The notes below the pieces were generated by a model, which saw only the letters and a list, made by a program, of their open reading frames with translations, was not told where the DNA came from and did no database searches. From Psammoneis japonica (lineage: Eukaryota), in NCBI GenBank assembly GCA_008632985.1, contig QPGO01000101.1, positions 186,001 through 250,000 of the forward strand: DNA of 64,000 nt. Direction: 5' to 3'. Below, piece after piece: positions 12,243 to 26,139 of the stretch (the first letter of the stretch is position 1; each line of letters opens with the position of its first letter). The translations under genes and the position numbers were made by a program.

Positions 12243-15200
12243 TGCACGTGTGACATGCATCAGTTGGAAGAAAAAGCATGGTTGTTCAACCTGCCATGTT
12301 TTCACCAGCCTTGTGAGCAACACTGCTTTTGCAGCTGTGGACACCACATGTCTTGTGTTGCACTTGTGACTGTGCAAACAAAAGAGCAAGTGAAAAGATC
12401 GGTGCACCAGTTTTCTGAACACAATCCATCACACTTTCATTTCATCTTTTCTCTTGTGCTGTGGATCACAGCAAAGCAGCATCCCTCGCCAACACGTTGA
12501 TGGCGCTGTTGTCATTTGACAAAAGCCATCATGGGGGAGCTGCCAATGCGACATGCACACAAGGAAGTGGTGCTCATGGCAACTCCTCAGGAGCTCCCAC
12601 TTCCTGCATGAGAGCATGGCAAAAGGTGGCAAGAATCACAGGAATTTTGGAGAGTCCTGCAGCAAAACCAAGCCAAGGCATGGTGGCAGTGACTCAAGCT
12701 TGACTTGGTCAGTTGTGCACTGAGTGACTGTGGTTCCCACAAATGACAAAAGTGAGATGACAGCGAAGTTTGCTGGCAGCACATGCACTCCTTCTTTTTT
12801 TGACAGATCCAGTGCTGATGGTGGTGGCCCACTCCAGAGTGGGGCAACCAAAAGTGTTGCCTGACCAAGAAGCTCAATGCACTGGGTGGCTGCACTCTGG
12901 ACACCCTGTGGCAACTTTGCTGTCTCTCAAGAGCTGTCACCCCCTCTCCCTGGTGTCAAGATGCACTCTGAACTTCTTCTCCAGAAACCCAACAAAATTT
13001 CTCACCAGCATCAGATCAGCTTGGGTGAGCCTGCACAGCTTGCCAAAAGTTGTTTGAAAGCAAGTCAGGCTGTGTGCTGCTTGCACCAGCTCCCACTGCA
13101 ATGGGATTTTTGTCAACACCTGGTGCGCTTCTCCGACGTGTTTGTTGTTGGTGTGCACAGAGATGTTGGCCACACAAGAGGTTCAAGGATTTGCCTGGGC
13201 TGTTTGTCCCATTGCTTTTCCTGAGAAGAGTTGAGAAAGCATTTGGCACCAGCCTCAGCTTTTTTTAATCAACAACAGGTGCAAGATGGGGGGCATTGAG
13301 AGATTCCTGAGATCACCTGAAGATCATTGCCTTGTCTCAGATTTGCGGAAATCTTTCAAAAAAAGACTCGTGAAATGTGCACAAAAATTGGTTGAGAACA
13401 CCAGCAAAATCTGCGTGTCACTGCACCAAAGCTGTTGTCTTGGTTTTCACAGTTTGTGCAAAAGCAGACTTGACCATTGTCTGAACCGGCACACTGTTGC
13501 AAGTGTGGTTTTGCAAAATGCACCCGATCAGATGACTGTCAAGTCCATTTTCTACAAAGACAAAATTTCACCATCATGGAAGACAGACAGACAATTTGAT
13601 GTTTTTCTCAGCACTGGTCCACACAATTGCTGTGCAATTGCTCTGCACAGAGCATGAGAGCAAAGGTTGTCATCTGCAATGTTGCAGGTCCCTCCTGCAG
13701 TTGATCTCTTTTTTCTCAGACCCCAGCCCATTGGGGCATGTGATCCATGGCAAGGAGAAAGTTTAGAGCACAGCACAATGCACAGTGCATGGCACAGAAG
13801 AAAAATGCCATTCCAGCATCTGCACATTTGAGGAGACAAGTGCCTCAGCTGCAATTGACAAGCTTTGTTGAATGGTTCATGGGCGCAGCACAAGCAGCTT
13901 GACTTGAGCCAGAAGTGCATTTTGGGTGGAAAGAGACAACAGACAAGTGAGAGAGCAGTGGCTTTCTTTGAAGAAGGAAGAATGATCACATGATCATGCT
14001 CATCTGTGCAGGCTTCATCTTGACCACATTGTGAAAGAACAGCCAACAGGAAGCTCAGGGATGCTGTTTGACCTCAAAGCAGAGCACACCAGCTGGATCC
14101 TTCTGTGTGTCTCAAGCCACTCTGAGCATGACATCATTTTTCCTTTCTTTGGTGCAAGCCCCAATGTGCCAAACAAACGTGTTTTTTAAACTGCAGCTCC
14201 ACAATTCTTTGGCAGCCACCCACCAAGAAACCCTGCGTGTGTTTCTGCATGCGCTCTCGCACGAATGCCGCAGTGAACTCCAAGCGTCATTGTGCTCTCC
14301 GAACCAACTGTTTCCATTGGGCATCTCCTCAGGGAGATGTCAAGATTCAGGCCAATCTGCCACATTCCACTTCTGCCCCACCCCTTGCAGGGTGTGCCGG
14401 AGGTGTGGGTCAGCTGGTGCCGGCATTGCTGGGCAAAGGTGCAACAGCACTTTTTGTTTTTTATTTTTTTTTTAACTGCTGCAGCTCCATCACCAAAAAA
14501 AAGAGACCAAACATCTTTGACTGAGCAAGCATTGCTCTCTTAATGTCATCAATGCATCAGAACCAATTCGAACTTTCTTGCTGTGAGGAGGGCTGAAAAG
14601 GTGCTGTCAACTGCCCTTGCTGGCATGAGCACTTGTTGCTTGAAATGGGCAGTTGTGAGCAAGGCAAAGGGCAGCCCATGGGAGTGACAAAGATTGGCAA
14701 TGCCACAGCAACCATGGCTTCATTTGCACACTCACCTCTGGCTTTTGGCTGGCCAAAAGTGGTGTGCCACCCTCCCAGAGCTGGCTGAGCAGGCAATGAC
14801 AATTGACGAGATTGTGTTTGGACACTTGGCCAGGCAGATCCAGGGGCACTGCTGCTGTGCTGTCACTTGGCCAATGAAGCAGCTGCTGATGTTTCATTGA
14901 CCTTGGTGACTGCACCTTCAATGGCAGCTGATGCTGGTGTCTCTTGGCTGCCATGCCGTGCTCTCTTGCTTGCAAAGAGTGCAGCCCTTGATGCCACTTG
15001 GCACAGTTGCTGGGGATCTTGTTGATGCTGCAGGGTCTCAATGTGCATTTTCTTCATCTCAGAGAGATGGGTGCTTTTTCTTCACATCAAGATGTTTGCA
15101 GGACAGCAGGCTGTGGCCCTCCTCATCATTCCCACCCTTCTCGTTGGCGTCATTTTTGGCCATCGTCAACCTGCCTCGTGATCCCCAACCTCGTTGCTTG

Positions 15201-15480
15201 GGACTCAGATGGTGGGAGCTGAGCCCTCATCATGTGCTGGCTCTGTGAGTGTGCAGGGTGTGCACCCATGCCAGCACTTCACCTGATTTGAGAAAGTGCT
15301 TGGTTGGCAAGAACATGATTGGCAGCAGCTTGCCAGCTCCTGTCCCCTTTGAGGCCAGCCAGTGCTTCACACCCAAGAGATGAGAAAGCATTTTAGGCAC
15401 CCAGCCACAGTGGCAGTTTTTTGTTCTTGCAACATCAAGTGCCTTTCATGCATTTGAAGAAGAAGATTTGAAAAAGAGTT
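12243..15480. other. Highly degenerate TG/CA-rich sequence (old repeat or decayed gene), origin unrecognised
   Basis: Almost no TpA and few CpG; only short Cys/His-rich ORFs without recognisable motifs. Confidence 0.55.
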
Positions 15481-15980
15481 GGAAGCAAGATGGCATCAAG
15501 AGATTCATGAAGATTCCCTGATCATCATCTCTCTCGTCTCAGATTTGATCTGCAGCATTTTCGCCTTCTTCAACATTAGCAGCTCACCCTGTCAGCAGTT
15601 TTGTCAAATCTACGACGAATTGCACGTGGTGTCTGTATGCGATACCGGATTTGAAAACTCGCAGATATTTTTTGGAAGATTGCGATCGGCAATTGAAAGG
15701 GCAATTGACAAAAAGCTGGGCAACAGATCAAACTTTTTGTCGAATCTACGACCACCTAACGGAGGACCCCGTATTGTAGACCGAATTTGGAAACTCCCCA
15801 CATTTCTTTTGGAAGATGGATCTTTTTGACGCCGACATCAGCCAACTTCCGTTAGAAACGGTTGAGGTTGAACTTGTAGGTACCAGTTACATCATGATGA
15901 TGTTGTAGTTAGTCGTAGACTCACAATCTCAGTCTGATCTGCGTTGAGATCCTCACCAAGACACGCCGGCTGGCGGAACC

Positions 15981-18754
15981 ATGAGGGTACCAAACTGGAT
16001 CGTCGCTTACCCATGTCTCGTGACTCTTGCCTCTGCTCAGCGATTCAAGGAAGGCTGCCATGATCGCTACGAAATGTCGTGTGAATCGAGAGGGCAGGTG
16101 TTTGATACGACGACAAGTCCTGAAGACATTTGCACGAGACTCGGTCTAGAGGTATTTCCCAGCGAGGATATCCTTCGGAACCCAGAGCAACATGCCGGGT
16201 TTCTGAACAGTTTGGACGCCGACGACGAGTTCTGTAAGGCCATTCAGCAGGTCTATCACCAATGTATCTTTTGTGCTGACGAAGATACGATTGACGAATG
16301 CGTGACAAACGCTAGATGGGTCAAGTGCGGGGACCAGCCATCCAAAGAAGAGATCCTTGCCAGCGACGACTATCCATCCTTTCAGACCGAGGCTGATATT
16401 AATCAAACATGTGCTCAACTCGATGCCGCGTTTGCTTTGGACGAGTTCATGAAAGATGTCAACTGGGGCATCCCGTCCACTATTGATCTCTGCGAGAAGC
16501 AGACGCTGATGAAACACTTATGCCCTGACCAATGCCTTGGAGGGTGTTTCGACGGGCCCTCAGGAAGAGCCCCTACTGCGAGCCGCATCCAGGTCCAGCC
16601 ATGAATTTGAGTAAACCGGCGTGGCGCATTTGTGATACGCTGGACTACGACTACTTGTTTTGGATGGGTCTTGAAGAAATGTTGAATATCTCGAATCATC
16701 AAGACTATCTCAAGAGCATAACCGGTAACACAACCGAGTGCGAAGAATCTCAGCGCGCCTACTCGGAATGCTACTGGTGCGCAACGGATCGCTGCTTCAA
16801 CGACGAGCATCCAGTGTCCTGTGACGCCCCCGACTACGTGGATGACTCCCTCAATGCGCATGAGATCTGTGAAGTACTCTATAGTCCCATTCATAACAAG
16901 CTTGAAGATGGATCGAGGGACTTCTACAACATTTCTCTTCACGCTGATGCGTTGTACTTTGGGTCAAACAACTCATTCTGTGACATGGCTCAGCAAGTGT
17001 ACCACAAGTGTTTGTTTTGCCACCAGACTGAATATGTGGAAGGGTTTTGTTCCGTAGGTTCATGGTGCGAGTCAACGGCAACCATTCCCGATGACTTTGT
17101 CTTACCACCTGGCTTTGAAGCTTTGAATCTGTCTGCTCCCGAGGGGTTGGATTGCGACCAGATTTACGACCTGTGGGAAGAGATATGGGAAGACCCGTAC
17201 ACCCTACCCGGCTGCTACCGAGACATTTGGGTTCATCGGCAGTGCTCAGAACGGTTTTGCAACTTCAAACCAAATGAATTGAACGAAGACTACCTTGGTG
17301 CCGACACGGCCAACAAGAGACGGGCTCTGGCATGGACGTCAAGAGCTGCTGCAATCTTGTCGTTTTTGGGCGCTGGCTACATTATGAAGGTAACACTCTC
17401 AGACCCCAAGAACGGTCTTTGGTCTATTATCGCTTTTGTTTGCAATGGCTGTGTTTGATATCGTCACCGCAGCTGCCTGGGCTTTTGCAACGGTTCCAAT
17501 CAACAAAGACACAGCTGACCATGTGTACGGAGCCGAGGGGACCGAGGCAACTTGCACAGCGCAAGCGTTCTTCATTCAGCTCGGGTTCACGTCGGTCTTT
17601 TACAATGTCTCTTTGGCAATCTACTATGTTATGGTTATTGCTTACAACAAGAAGGAGTTTCAGCTAAAGAAGATGCAATGGTTCTTGCACGGTATCCCTC
17701 TCTTGTTTGGGTTGGGACTGGCCCTAGGTGCTATTCCAATGTATCGTTCGATCGAATATGGTTGTCATCTTCTTCCTCCACCGGATGGTGATTTGTGGGC
17801 GGTCTTGGTATTTGTGGTGTGTCCACTGGGATTCTCGATTGCGGCCATTACGGCCGCCAATCTCGTAGTGTATTGTAAGGTGCGACAGCAGGCAGCAAAA
17901 GCCAAGAAATGGCAGCTCAGTGGAGGCCACATCAGGTCACTTGAAGCTGACGTGTTTTGGCAATGTGTATTCTACACTCTGGCTTTCTACATTACATGGC
18001 CGATACTCTTCAGCGTGTACTTGGTACGTGAGGCGTGTTTTGTTGACGCTCTCACGATATACACCATTCTAATTATTTTTGAAATGTCTTCTGCTAGGCA
18101 TCAGTGGATGTGAGCGGACCGTACGGATTGGCCGTGGTTGTGGCATTTGTGGCTCCATTGCAAGGATTCAACAATTTCCTTGTCTTCGTCAGGTTACGAG
18201 TTAAAAAGTACATGAAAAAACATCCTTCCCGATGCCCGTCTTTCTCATCGTTGTGCCGTATAAGTCTTTTCAGAAAGGCCAGAAGGGAAGAATCCAATGC
18301 TAACGAGCTTGACGAGAGCCCGAGGAATGACGAAATCAATGATTCTCCCTCGCCGCATCAGCGGTCAGAAGTTGTATCGCAGGACGACTCTTATTCAGGC
18401 AACTTTGTTGTGCAACTGCCCAATGGCGAGATGCAGACGCTGGAGCATGATAATGATTTTGATCCCTCTGCTCTTCTGCCCCTTCGTACTTTAGAATCCG
18501 AAAGCGAACATACCGCAAGCGATGTAACCAAGAGCGAATCTATCGGATTTGGTTTACCCAAGAGCGAATCAATTGCGTTTGATGCACCCAAGAGCGAACA
18601 ACCAATTGAAAGCGATGTAACCAAGAGCGAACAGCCAATTGAAAGCGATGTAACCAAGAGCGAACAACCAATTGAAAGCGAGCAGCCTATTGAAAGTGAT
18701 GTAACCAAGAGCTCACTCACCAAGAGCGATCCCTCCGAAAGCGAACTCCCTTAA
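15981..18754 (+). CDS. 7TM GPCR-like receptor with signal peptide, Cys-rich repeated ectodomain and acidic repetitive tail
   Basis: Signal peptide MRVPNWIVAYPCLVTLASA; repeated C-x-Q-VYHxCxFC modules; TM region with TCTAQAFFIQLG...YNVSLAIYY, QCVFYTLAFYITW, PLQGFNNFLVFVR (cAMP-receptor/Git3-like class). GT-AG intron 18024-18097. Frameshifts near 16570 and 17400-17435, probably assembly indels. Confidence 0.85.
18515..18745 (+). repeat. Coding tandem repeat (SDVTKSEQPIE, 33-bp unit) in the receptor C-terminal tail
   Basis: AGCGATGTAACCAAGAGCGAACA(A/G)CCAATTGAA repeated with variants. Confidence 0.9.
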
Positions 18755-20101
18755 GTGATCACAGCAGGATTGAACCGTGTCACGATTTTGAATTTCCTTT
18801 TCCCCACCCTCTCTCACTGTATACCCCCATTCAGTGCGGCGAAACATGTACATAGATTGAATTGTAAATTAGTTTGTAAATACCATTCATTTGATTTTGA
18901 CCTGCTGGAAAAATTCAGAACCACCAGAAAACTGCCTATACGGTACGAAAAACAAATAGCTCCTGCCCCCGTTCAAATCCTAAAACAAAGAGAATACCGC
19001 AACTGTCACAAGCGTTTCGAATTCCACACAATAGAAAGCTGCAATACAAGATGAGAAACGAGGAAAATGGCCAACATACGACAAATATCTGGCAACCGGC
19101 AATCGTAATCGAATGCATCAAATGCGGATTACTTCCAAAGTCGATCATTTATACCTGAAAATGAATGGCAGCAACGAATCCCGCACACTCATCGCCTTGC
19201 AGGTTAATTATAATGGGATTGAATCACGAAACGAAGAAATTGAAATCAAAAGTTGAGCGCGGCGACCTCATTTCGCCGACGAGCACGCCTCTTAAAGATG
19301 CATGTGACAAAACAACAAAACAAGTCTGACACATTCCTGTTGAAACAACGCGAAAAAGAAGTGAGAAAGTAGGACGAAAGGACATTGATCCATGGCCGAC
19401 GCCGCAAATCCCATCCGTCCCATCATGGTGTCTTGCCGTTGTTGCTTCGGACTTCGGATGTATTGCAGAATGAGTCGTTCCACGACCAAACTGTACATGA
19501 TTCAATACCACTTCAAGTCGTGTTTGATCGTGCGTTGAGTTTTGAATAACTCAAATGAAGTCTGTATAAATCAATGCATCGAGTCGTTCCACGACCAACC
19601 TTGTAGATTCAATGCCGTTTCAAGTCGTGTTCATTTCTTGCGTGTTTGTCCACCTGTCTGTATGATACTGACGTTTGCGTTGTTCTCACGCAAACACGTG
19701 CACTTTCATTTGACGCCACGTCATCACGTGCGTTTCGCGCGGGAATCTTTGTACTTTTTCTACATAATTCTACATACATCTTTCTACGATGGATTCTACT
19801 GAAAAAGGTTCAAATTTTCGACTGTCCTCCACTCACTTTTTGAAGCCGACAGCCCTCCACCACGCAAAAAGATGTACGTACTGTTACCACGTGACTCTAC
19901 CTGATATCTACATGTGATTGGACTGTGTTGATTCGTGTGCGTCGATATACAGTATTGCATTGCGTCATCTTCTTGACCAACTGTTCGTTTGTCTCTCACG
20001 CCACCACTTTGTCTGCCACTTAAAACAGTCAATCAGTTGTTGCTGTTTGTTGTTTTGTTGTTTACCTCTTTGTGTTGAAACAACTACATCAAGAATCAAA
20101 A

Positions 20102-21578
20102 ATGATCTTTACTCGAATTACCGTTCTCTCCATGGTGGCAACCGTCATGGCTGCAGATGCTCTCATGACCAATCCCGTCAAAACTGATATCAAGACAAAT
20201 CTTCCGTAAGTTTTACCATTTGTATAAAGCCTTGTGTGCTCTTGATAATCACGCTCTGCTCGGAATAACTCTCCGCAAGTGTGTCTGAACGATAGTGTCC
20301 TTTCTAACGCAGCTCTCCCAATCTCTACTTTTTGTGTTTTTGTTATAGTTTGAAAGATCGCGCCTATGTAACTCGCGATATCAAGACCCCCGATCCTGTT
20401 CCCGTCGAGGGTCAAGAAGAGGCATTGGAGTTGATGCAATCGGGTCGATTGTATCGGTACAACATTGGTCCCAACGAGGAGAGTGTTGTTTCGAAATGTG
20501 AAGTCGAGATTGCAGCCTACACGGGACACAAGTATTGTGTTGCACTCAATTCGTGTGGTTCCGCACTCATGCTTTTGCTCAAAACGACCGGTCTAAAGCC
20601 GGGTGGTAAGGTATTGAGCAATGCCTTTACCTTTGGTGCTGTACCCAGTGCGATTGAACACGCCAATGGCAAGGCTGTTTATGTCGAATCCAATATGGAT
20701 ATGGTGATTGATCTACAAGACATGGAACTCAAGTTACAAGAGAATCCCGATTGCAAACACGTTTTGTTATCCCATATGCGTGGTAAGCTTGCCGATATGA
20801 GTGCCATCAAGGCGCTGTGTGACAAGTACGATGCCATTCTTCTCGAAGATTGTGCCCACTCGTTGGGTGTCCGTACAAGGACGAGCACAGTGGTCATGTC
20901 GGTGTGGCGTGTGCCATTTCGTCTCAATCGTACAAAATGATCAATTCCGGGGAAGGCGGATTCCTCTTGACGGATGATCCCGTGATTGCCGCCAAGACGG
21001 CTGTCTATGCCGGTGCGTACGAAGCGCTCCATGGCAAACACATTACCGTGCCGGGACCGGAATACTTTGAAACACTCCCCACCGAGATTCCAAATTATTC
21101 ACTCCGCATGAGCAATCTTGCTGCCGCTGTGATTCGTCCTCAAATCAAAACGTTGGATGAACGTATCGAGAAATACAATGCTCGATACTACCAGTTAGAA
21201 AAGACCATGCAAGACAAAATGGGCAACCATTTGAGTATTCCCCAACTATCCAAGGGTGTGACACGAATGGTTCATGATTCGTTTCAATTCAATTTGGATT
21301 CCAAGTTTACACCCGAAATGGTGGAAGAATTCTTGGTGGAATGCAAGGATCACGGTTTGCCCGTGGAATTGTTTGGACACCATTCCAATGCGAGAAATTT
21401 TGTCAATTGGGGATTTGCACCCGCCGACCAGCCTCTTCCCAAAACGGCAGCCATGCTTTCAAGGGCATGTGATGTACGATTACCACTCATGTGGGATGAT
21501 GAAGACTTTGATGACATGGCCAATGTATTGATGGAAAGTCTTGAAACCGTCATGGCAAAGCATGGTATTGAAAACTAA
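20102..21578 (+). CDS. DegT/DnrJ/EryC1/StrS-family PLP-dependent aminotransferase with N-terminal targeting peptide
   Basis: CVALNSCGSAL, AFTFGAV, LLEDCAHSLG, SSQSYKMINSGEGGFLLTDD, NYSLRMSNLAAA. GT-AG intron 20206-20348 restores the frame from ATG 20102. One-base frameshift near 20873. Confidence 0.92.
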
Positions 21579-22087
21579 TTGAGGTTTGTGTTTTTCTTTC
21601 TGCGACATTTTTGTGGAAGAGGGACCGGTGCAAAATGCATTTGTTGGCATGCTTGCGCAAACTCACTAAACATGAATAGAGCTACATATTATCATCATCA
21701 TTGTCACGAGCTTTCTTTGCGTCTGCATTCTAGAGTAAAGAAAGTATTATTGATGCATATGTAGAGAGATGTATTGACTAACATGGCTAGTACAGCGCAT
21801 ATTCCGAATTTGTGTATCTCACTAGACATATAGAGCTACATATTGTTGTCAATCATCATTAAAAGCTATGTTTGCGTCTGCATTCTAGTAGACAGGGCAT
21901 TATTTGTGCATCTATCGGTCGACGAAGAACTATTCGCGTACGAGAGTATGCTAACATGGCTTGTAGAGAGCTACTATTGTTACATCCTAATTACAAACTC
22001 TCTCGAAGCACTCTCTTTACACCTTTTCTAACTCGGTCGATATATCTACAGAACTGTTTCCGGAAACAACGCACCAATATTACAAAC

Positions 22088-23320
22088 CTATCGTTTTCGA
22101 TCCTGTTGCTGCGTCATCCACCGCCAATCGCAATAGTTCGAGTCGGCAGCCATATTCTCAAAGGCCTCTTCAATTTCAACTTTGTTGTACACATTGACGA
22201 GAGCGCTACTGTGCTTGCGAATGTTAATGCCCTTGTTGCTCATTTCGTCAAGGATAATTTGTTCCTGCGGCTCGATTCCCCACCCCAAAAGCAGAGATTT
22301 CCAGTCGGCCAAGCTCTTGTTGAAATCGTTGGAATACATTTCGGAATATTCGAACGCCTCGAGACTTTCAAGCGCAAGCTTTGGGTACTGGGGGATGATC
22401 TTTCCGCTCCGAATCATTGCCTCCTCCAGTTGGTCTACCAAGTCTTCGGCTTCTACCGCACCTTTACAGCCCCACGTTTCAACCAATTCGTGCGTTTCCC
22501 TTTTAAAATCTTTAATGTCAATCTTGGCATAGGTCTTGGATTCGGGAAAATGGCGCCTATGAAAACAAAGAGAGGACTGGTACCGTTTTCAAACACGGGA
22601 TAGTGTTTCAGGTAGTCCCGTTGAAAGCAATCTCGAATCCTACACACTGTCCTCTCAAGCAGATTCCTTCGGTAGATCAGAACGAAGCGAGCATCAAACG
22701 ACATGAGCGCAGAAGCAATACCCTCGGAGAATTGATGATCAAGGATCTTTGGCATCATGACTTGAGACGATTCTCGGCGACGGGCATGTAATTGTCAATG
22801 ACAAACTGAGCATCAGCCTTGACCTTGTTTTTCTCGCCAAGCTTTCATCGTAGAGCTTCACGTACTGTTTGTTGTTTTCGTTCAATTTGAACATTTCGCC
22901 TCGAGTTCCGTGCGGGTCCAACCCCGTATGGCGCTCCACAAGGGTCTTGACAAATCGAATGAGAAAGGTTGAACCAGAACAGCTTCTCGTCAGCAAAACC
23001 AAGGGTGGGATTCTAACGTTTTCAACAACCTGTTGGCCGGCTTTGCGTGTCGCCTTGGCCTTGCACATGTGGTCTACGTCCTTTTGATAAATCCATAGCA
23101 GTGTGAAAGAGTACAGCAACAAAAGCAAAGAACCGAGCAACCATCGTCGCTTTTGCAGACCGCCGCCACTTGTCGATGCCGACGAATCATCGTTTGGTTT
23201 GTCAATGAGCTTCTCGATTTCTTCATCATCGTGCTCATTGCCAAGGCTCTTCTTCGAAGTGGTGTCCTTCTCTCCATAGCAACTAAGCTCGGAGTTCTGC
23301 CTCATTTCCGGCTTCATCAT
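22088..23320 (-). CDS. Type II membrane sulfotransferase-like (P-loop) protein, paralog 1
   Basis: Single N-terminal TM helix; PAPS-loop-like LVLLTRSCSGSTF and 3'PB-like FVLIYRRNLLER; split over several ORFs by frameshifts near 22800, 22630 and 22490. Confidence 0.65.
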
Positions 23321-24129
23321 TCTATGAGGGGGTGCAGCACTTTGTTTTATGGTGTGACGATCTCACAAACTGACGGATGCACCCCGTTTTTCTCTGTAGG
23401 GTTTTGTCGCACACAAAATGTGGTGGCTCGAACATTTATGTCGTACGAGTTCTACGACAGAAAACAATATGATAGACAATCAACACTTATGGGTTGAGCA
23501 AGGCAAAACTGTTTCATTTATTGGAAATAATACATAATTAGGGGTGTTAAATGCAATAGTTTGTCATTGTAAATTATGACATATATATTGTGTTACCAGT
23601 CATATTGTTGGCGTTTTGGCGGTCATTTGATTTAAAAGTGTTCGCCGGGCATTACAAATAGCATTATATAATTTTTAAATTTGTCATACTCTCTAGAGCC
23701 TCAAATTTTCACCTGGAGCCGAAAGGACCAAACAGGATAGCCTCCTCGTACTGTATGCACAGGACGTACTCTCTAGTAGCTACTCTAGAGGGCTACATGA
23801 AGTAAATGCTCTTTCTTTGATCAAGCGAGGCTCTACTTACCGTACTTCTATTAAGCTGAAATGGCTCTAGGATCAACAAGTTTCTCCGAGCACCACGAAA
23901 AAAGAGGTGAAGTTTTGACTAAGGATGTGGTGCATCATTGGCTCTAGAGATCACCACACGTAATTTCAAGAAGTTCATCACGTAACAAAGCATGGTCTTT
24001 CGTTTCAACACCAACAACGTATAATTGGTGTATGAGTACAGCAACCTGTAAAATCCAACGTGACTTGTAGCATACGAGCGATCTTGAATGCGCCTGCAGC
24101 TTAGCTGCAAGACATTAGAACAAGTCAAA

Positions 24130-25307
24130 TCACAAAGTTTCCAGATCCATGTTGTTGCGTTGCTTCATCATCCATCGCCAATCACAATAGCTTGCATTAT
24201 CAGCCCATTGAAAAATCACGTCCTTTGTTTGGCGCTTGTTGTATATATTTTTCAACACACTTGAATGCTTTCGAGTCCCTATACCGGTCAGCCGCATTTC
24301 ATCCAGAATAATACCTTGCTGCGGTTCAATACCCCATCCTAACAGAAGAGCCTTCCAATCTTCCAAACTCTTGTTGAACTCGGAAGAAAACTCGGACGAA
24401 TATTCAAACGCCTCGAGGTCTTCCAGGGCGAGTCTAGGGTGATGCTTTGTAAGTTTCTTGCCATTCTCGAGTATGGCTTGATTCAAAAGATATTCCAGAT
24501 CCGCCGATTCGATAGCACCTTGACAGCCCCACGCTTTCACCAAATTTGTTGCTTCCTTGTCAAAATCTGCTTGGTCAATAAAGGCAAGCGTTTTCACATT
24601 CTTGTAATGCCGTCGATCAAAACAAAGGTCCGATTTGGTACCGTTTTCAAACACGGGATAGTGTCCTCTGTAGGTTTTTTTCTCAAAACAATCTCGAATC
24701 GACAGACGCGTCGTTCTAGGAGATTTCGTCGATATGTAAGTATGAAACGAGCATCCAATTCAAATAGCTCAGCCGCAATACCCGGTCGGAACTGATTGCC
24801 CGACAATACTTTGGGAACCATGACTTGAGATGAATTCCGGGAAATTCGGTTGTACACATCTCGCACCATTTGTCGATCCGCAAGGTACTTGCTCGTTTTG
24901 GCAAGACTGGAATTATACTCTGTTTTGAATGGTAATGTTGCATCGCTTTGTAGTATCTTGAACGTTTCGCCCTGAATCACAAACGGATCCAATCCTGAAT
25001 GACGCTGTACGAGCCTCTTGGCAAATCGAATGGAAAACGAACTACCGGAACAGCTGCTTGTGAGCATCACCAAGGGTGGAAATAACGTCGTTGTATAGTT
25101 GTTGATGTTCTTTTCATCATGATGATATCCACGAATCACAATTTCTTTCTTGATTTCGTTATTGTTACTCTTGACAGAGGATGGCGTCTCTACACGATCC
25201 ACCACGGAGAACCAGAACAATACAAAGGCCAACACCAACAATGTCACTGCAGATATTCTTTGAGAGGGCATACTATACAATGACTTCTGTGATTTTCGCT
25301 TAAACAC
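24130..25307 (-). CDS. Type II membrane sulfotransferase-like protein, paralog 2 (tandem duplicate)
   Basis: LVMLTSSCSGSSF, FILTYRRNLLERRVC and a C-terminus (LEAFEYS...WKALLLGWGIEPQ...YCDWRWM) shared with paralog 1; frameshift near 24690; start codon uncertain. Confidence 0.65.
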
Positions 25308-26139
25308 TCTTTGCTCCTCATCCTATTGTCGACTCGGGTGTATACACGCACAGAAAATAACTTATGCAGAAACTACTCTGGGATAGCCACGGCCTTTTAT
25401 TCAGAAATTGAAACAGAGCAAACGATTGCACATTTAGTCCTCACAATACTGTCGTGAATTTGGTTTGATTGGGTCGTTGCAACGTTGCATGGGCTTTCTC
25501 CTCGGGGTTTTAATGTTGCTTGTTGATGTTTGATGTCATGGTGATGGGCGAATCATTGGTTTTTGTGTCTTCACTGCGGCGTTCAGCGTGCGTTGAGACG
25601 CCGACGAAATTTTGATTAATCCGACTGCAAAAACTGCAACATGAAAAAAGCACACCCCCGAATGTCAACTTTGCTCTGCTCGCATTTCCCTTTTTCAACC
25701 AAACTTCACCTTCTCTTCTTTTTTCTTGCAAATGTGCCAGCAGCTGCTTTCTGATGTGCACTTGAGCTTGCTGAAGATTGCAGCACTTCTTGCAGCATGT
25801 CACAGCTGGTGCAGCTCCAAGGCAAGAAAAGCCACACAGAGTGTTTGTGGCATGCCAGGTGGGTCACAGCCTGTTCTTGCATGAGCAGCACAGGTGACAA
25901 CAGTGGCACAAAGAAGCAAGGTGTGAAGACATCAAAACTTTGAAAATCATGCTGCTTTTGTGGTGGAAAAAGTTTGGGCAAGGGATTTTGTCATTCCTTT
26001 TGAAGAAGTGCGAAACTTTTGTGCTCGCCTGCCACTTTAAACAGCTGCCTGTTGTGGCGCCTCTGGGAACCACAACATCCAAGTTTTTGATGTCCCATGC
26101 TCATCATTTCTCTGCTTGCAACTGATGCAGCCACCTCAC

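Noticed and set aside
19472..19631. Two-copy direct repeat GAGTCGTTCCACGACCAA...TTCAAGTCGTGTT in the intergenic region
   Set aside because: Real but only two short copies; no evidence of function.
21670..21990. Degenerate TAGAGCTACATATT / CTAACATGGCT repeats between convergent genes
   Set aside because: Short, low-complexity 3' intergenic repeats with no supportable role.
21872..22603. 243-aa plus-strand ORF
   Set aside because: Antisense shadow of the sulfotransferase-like gene.
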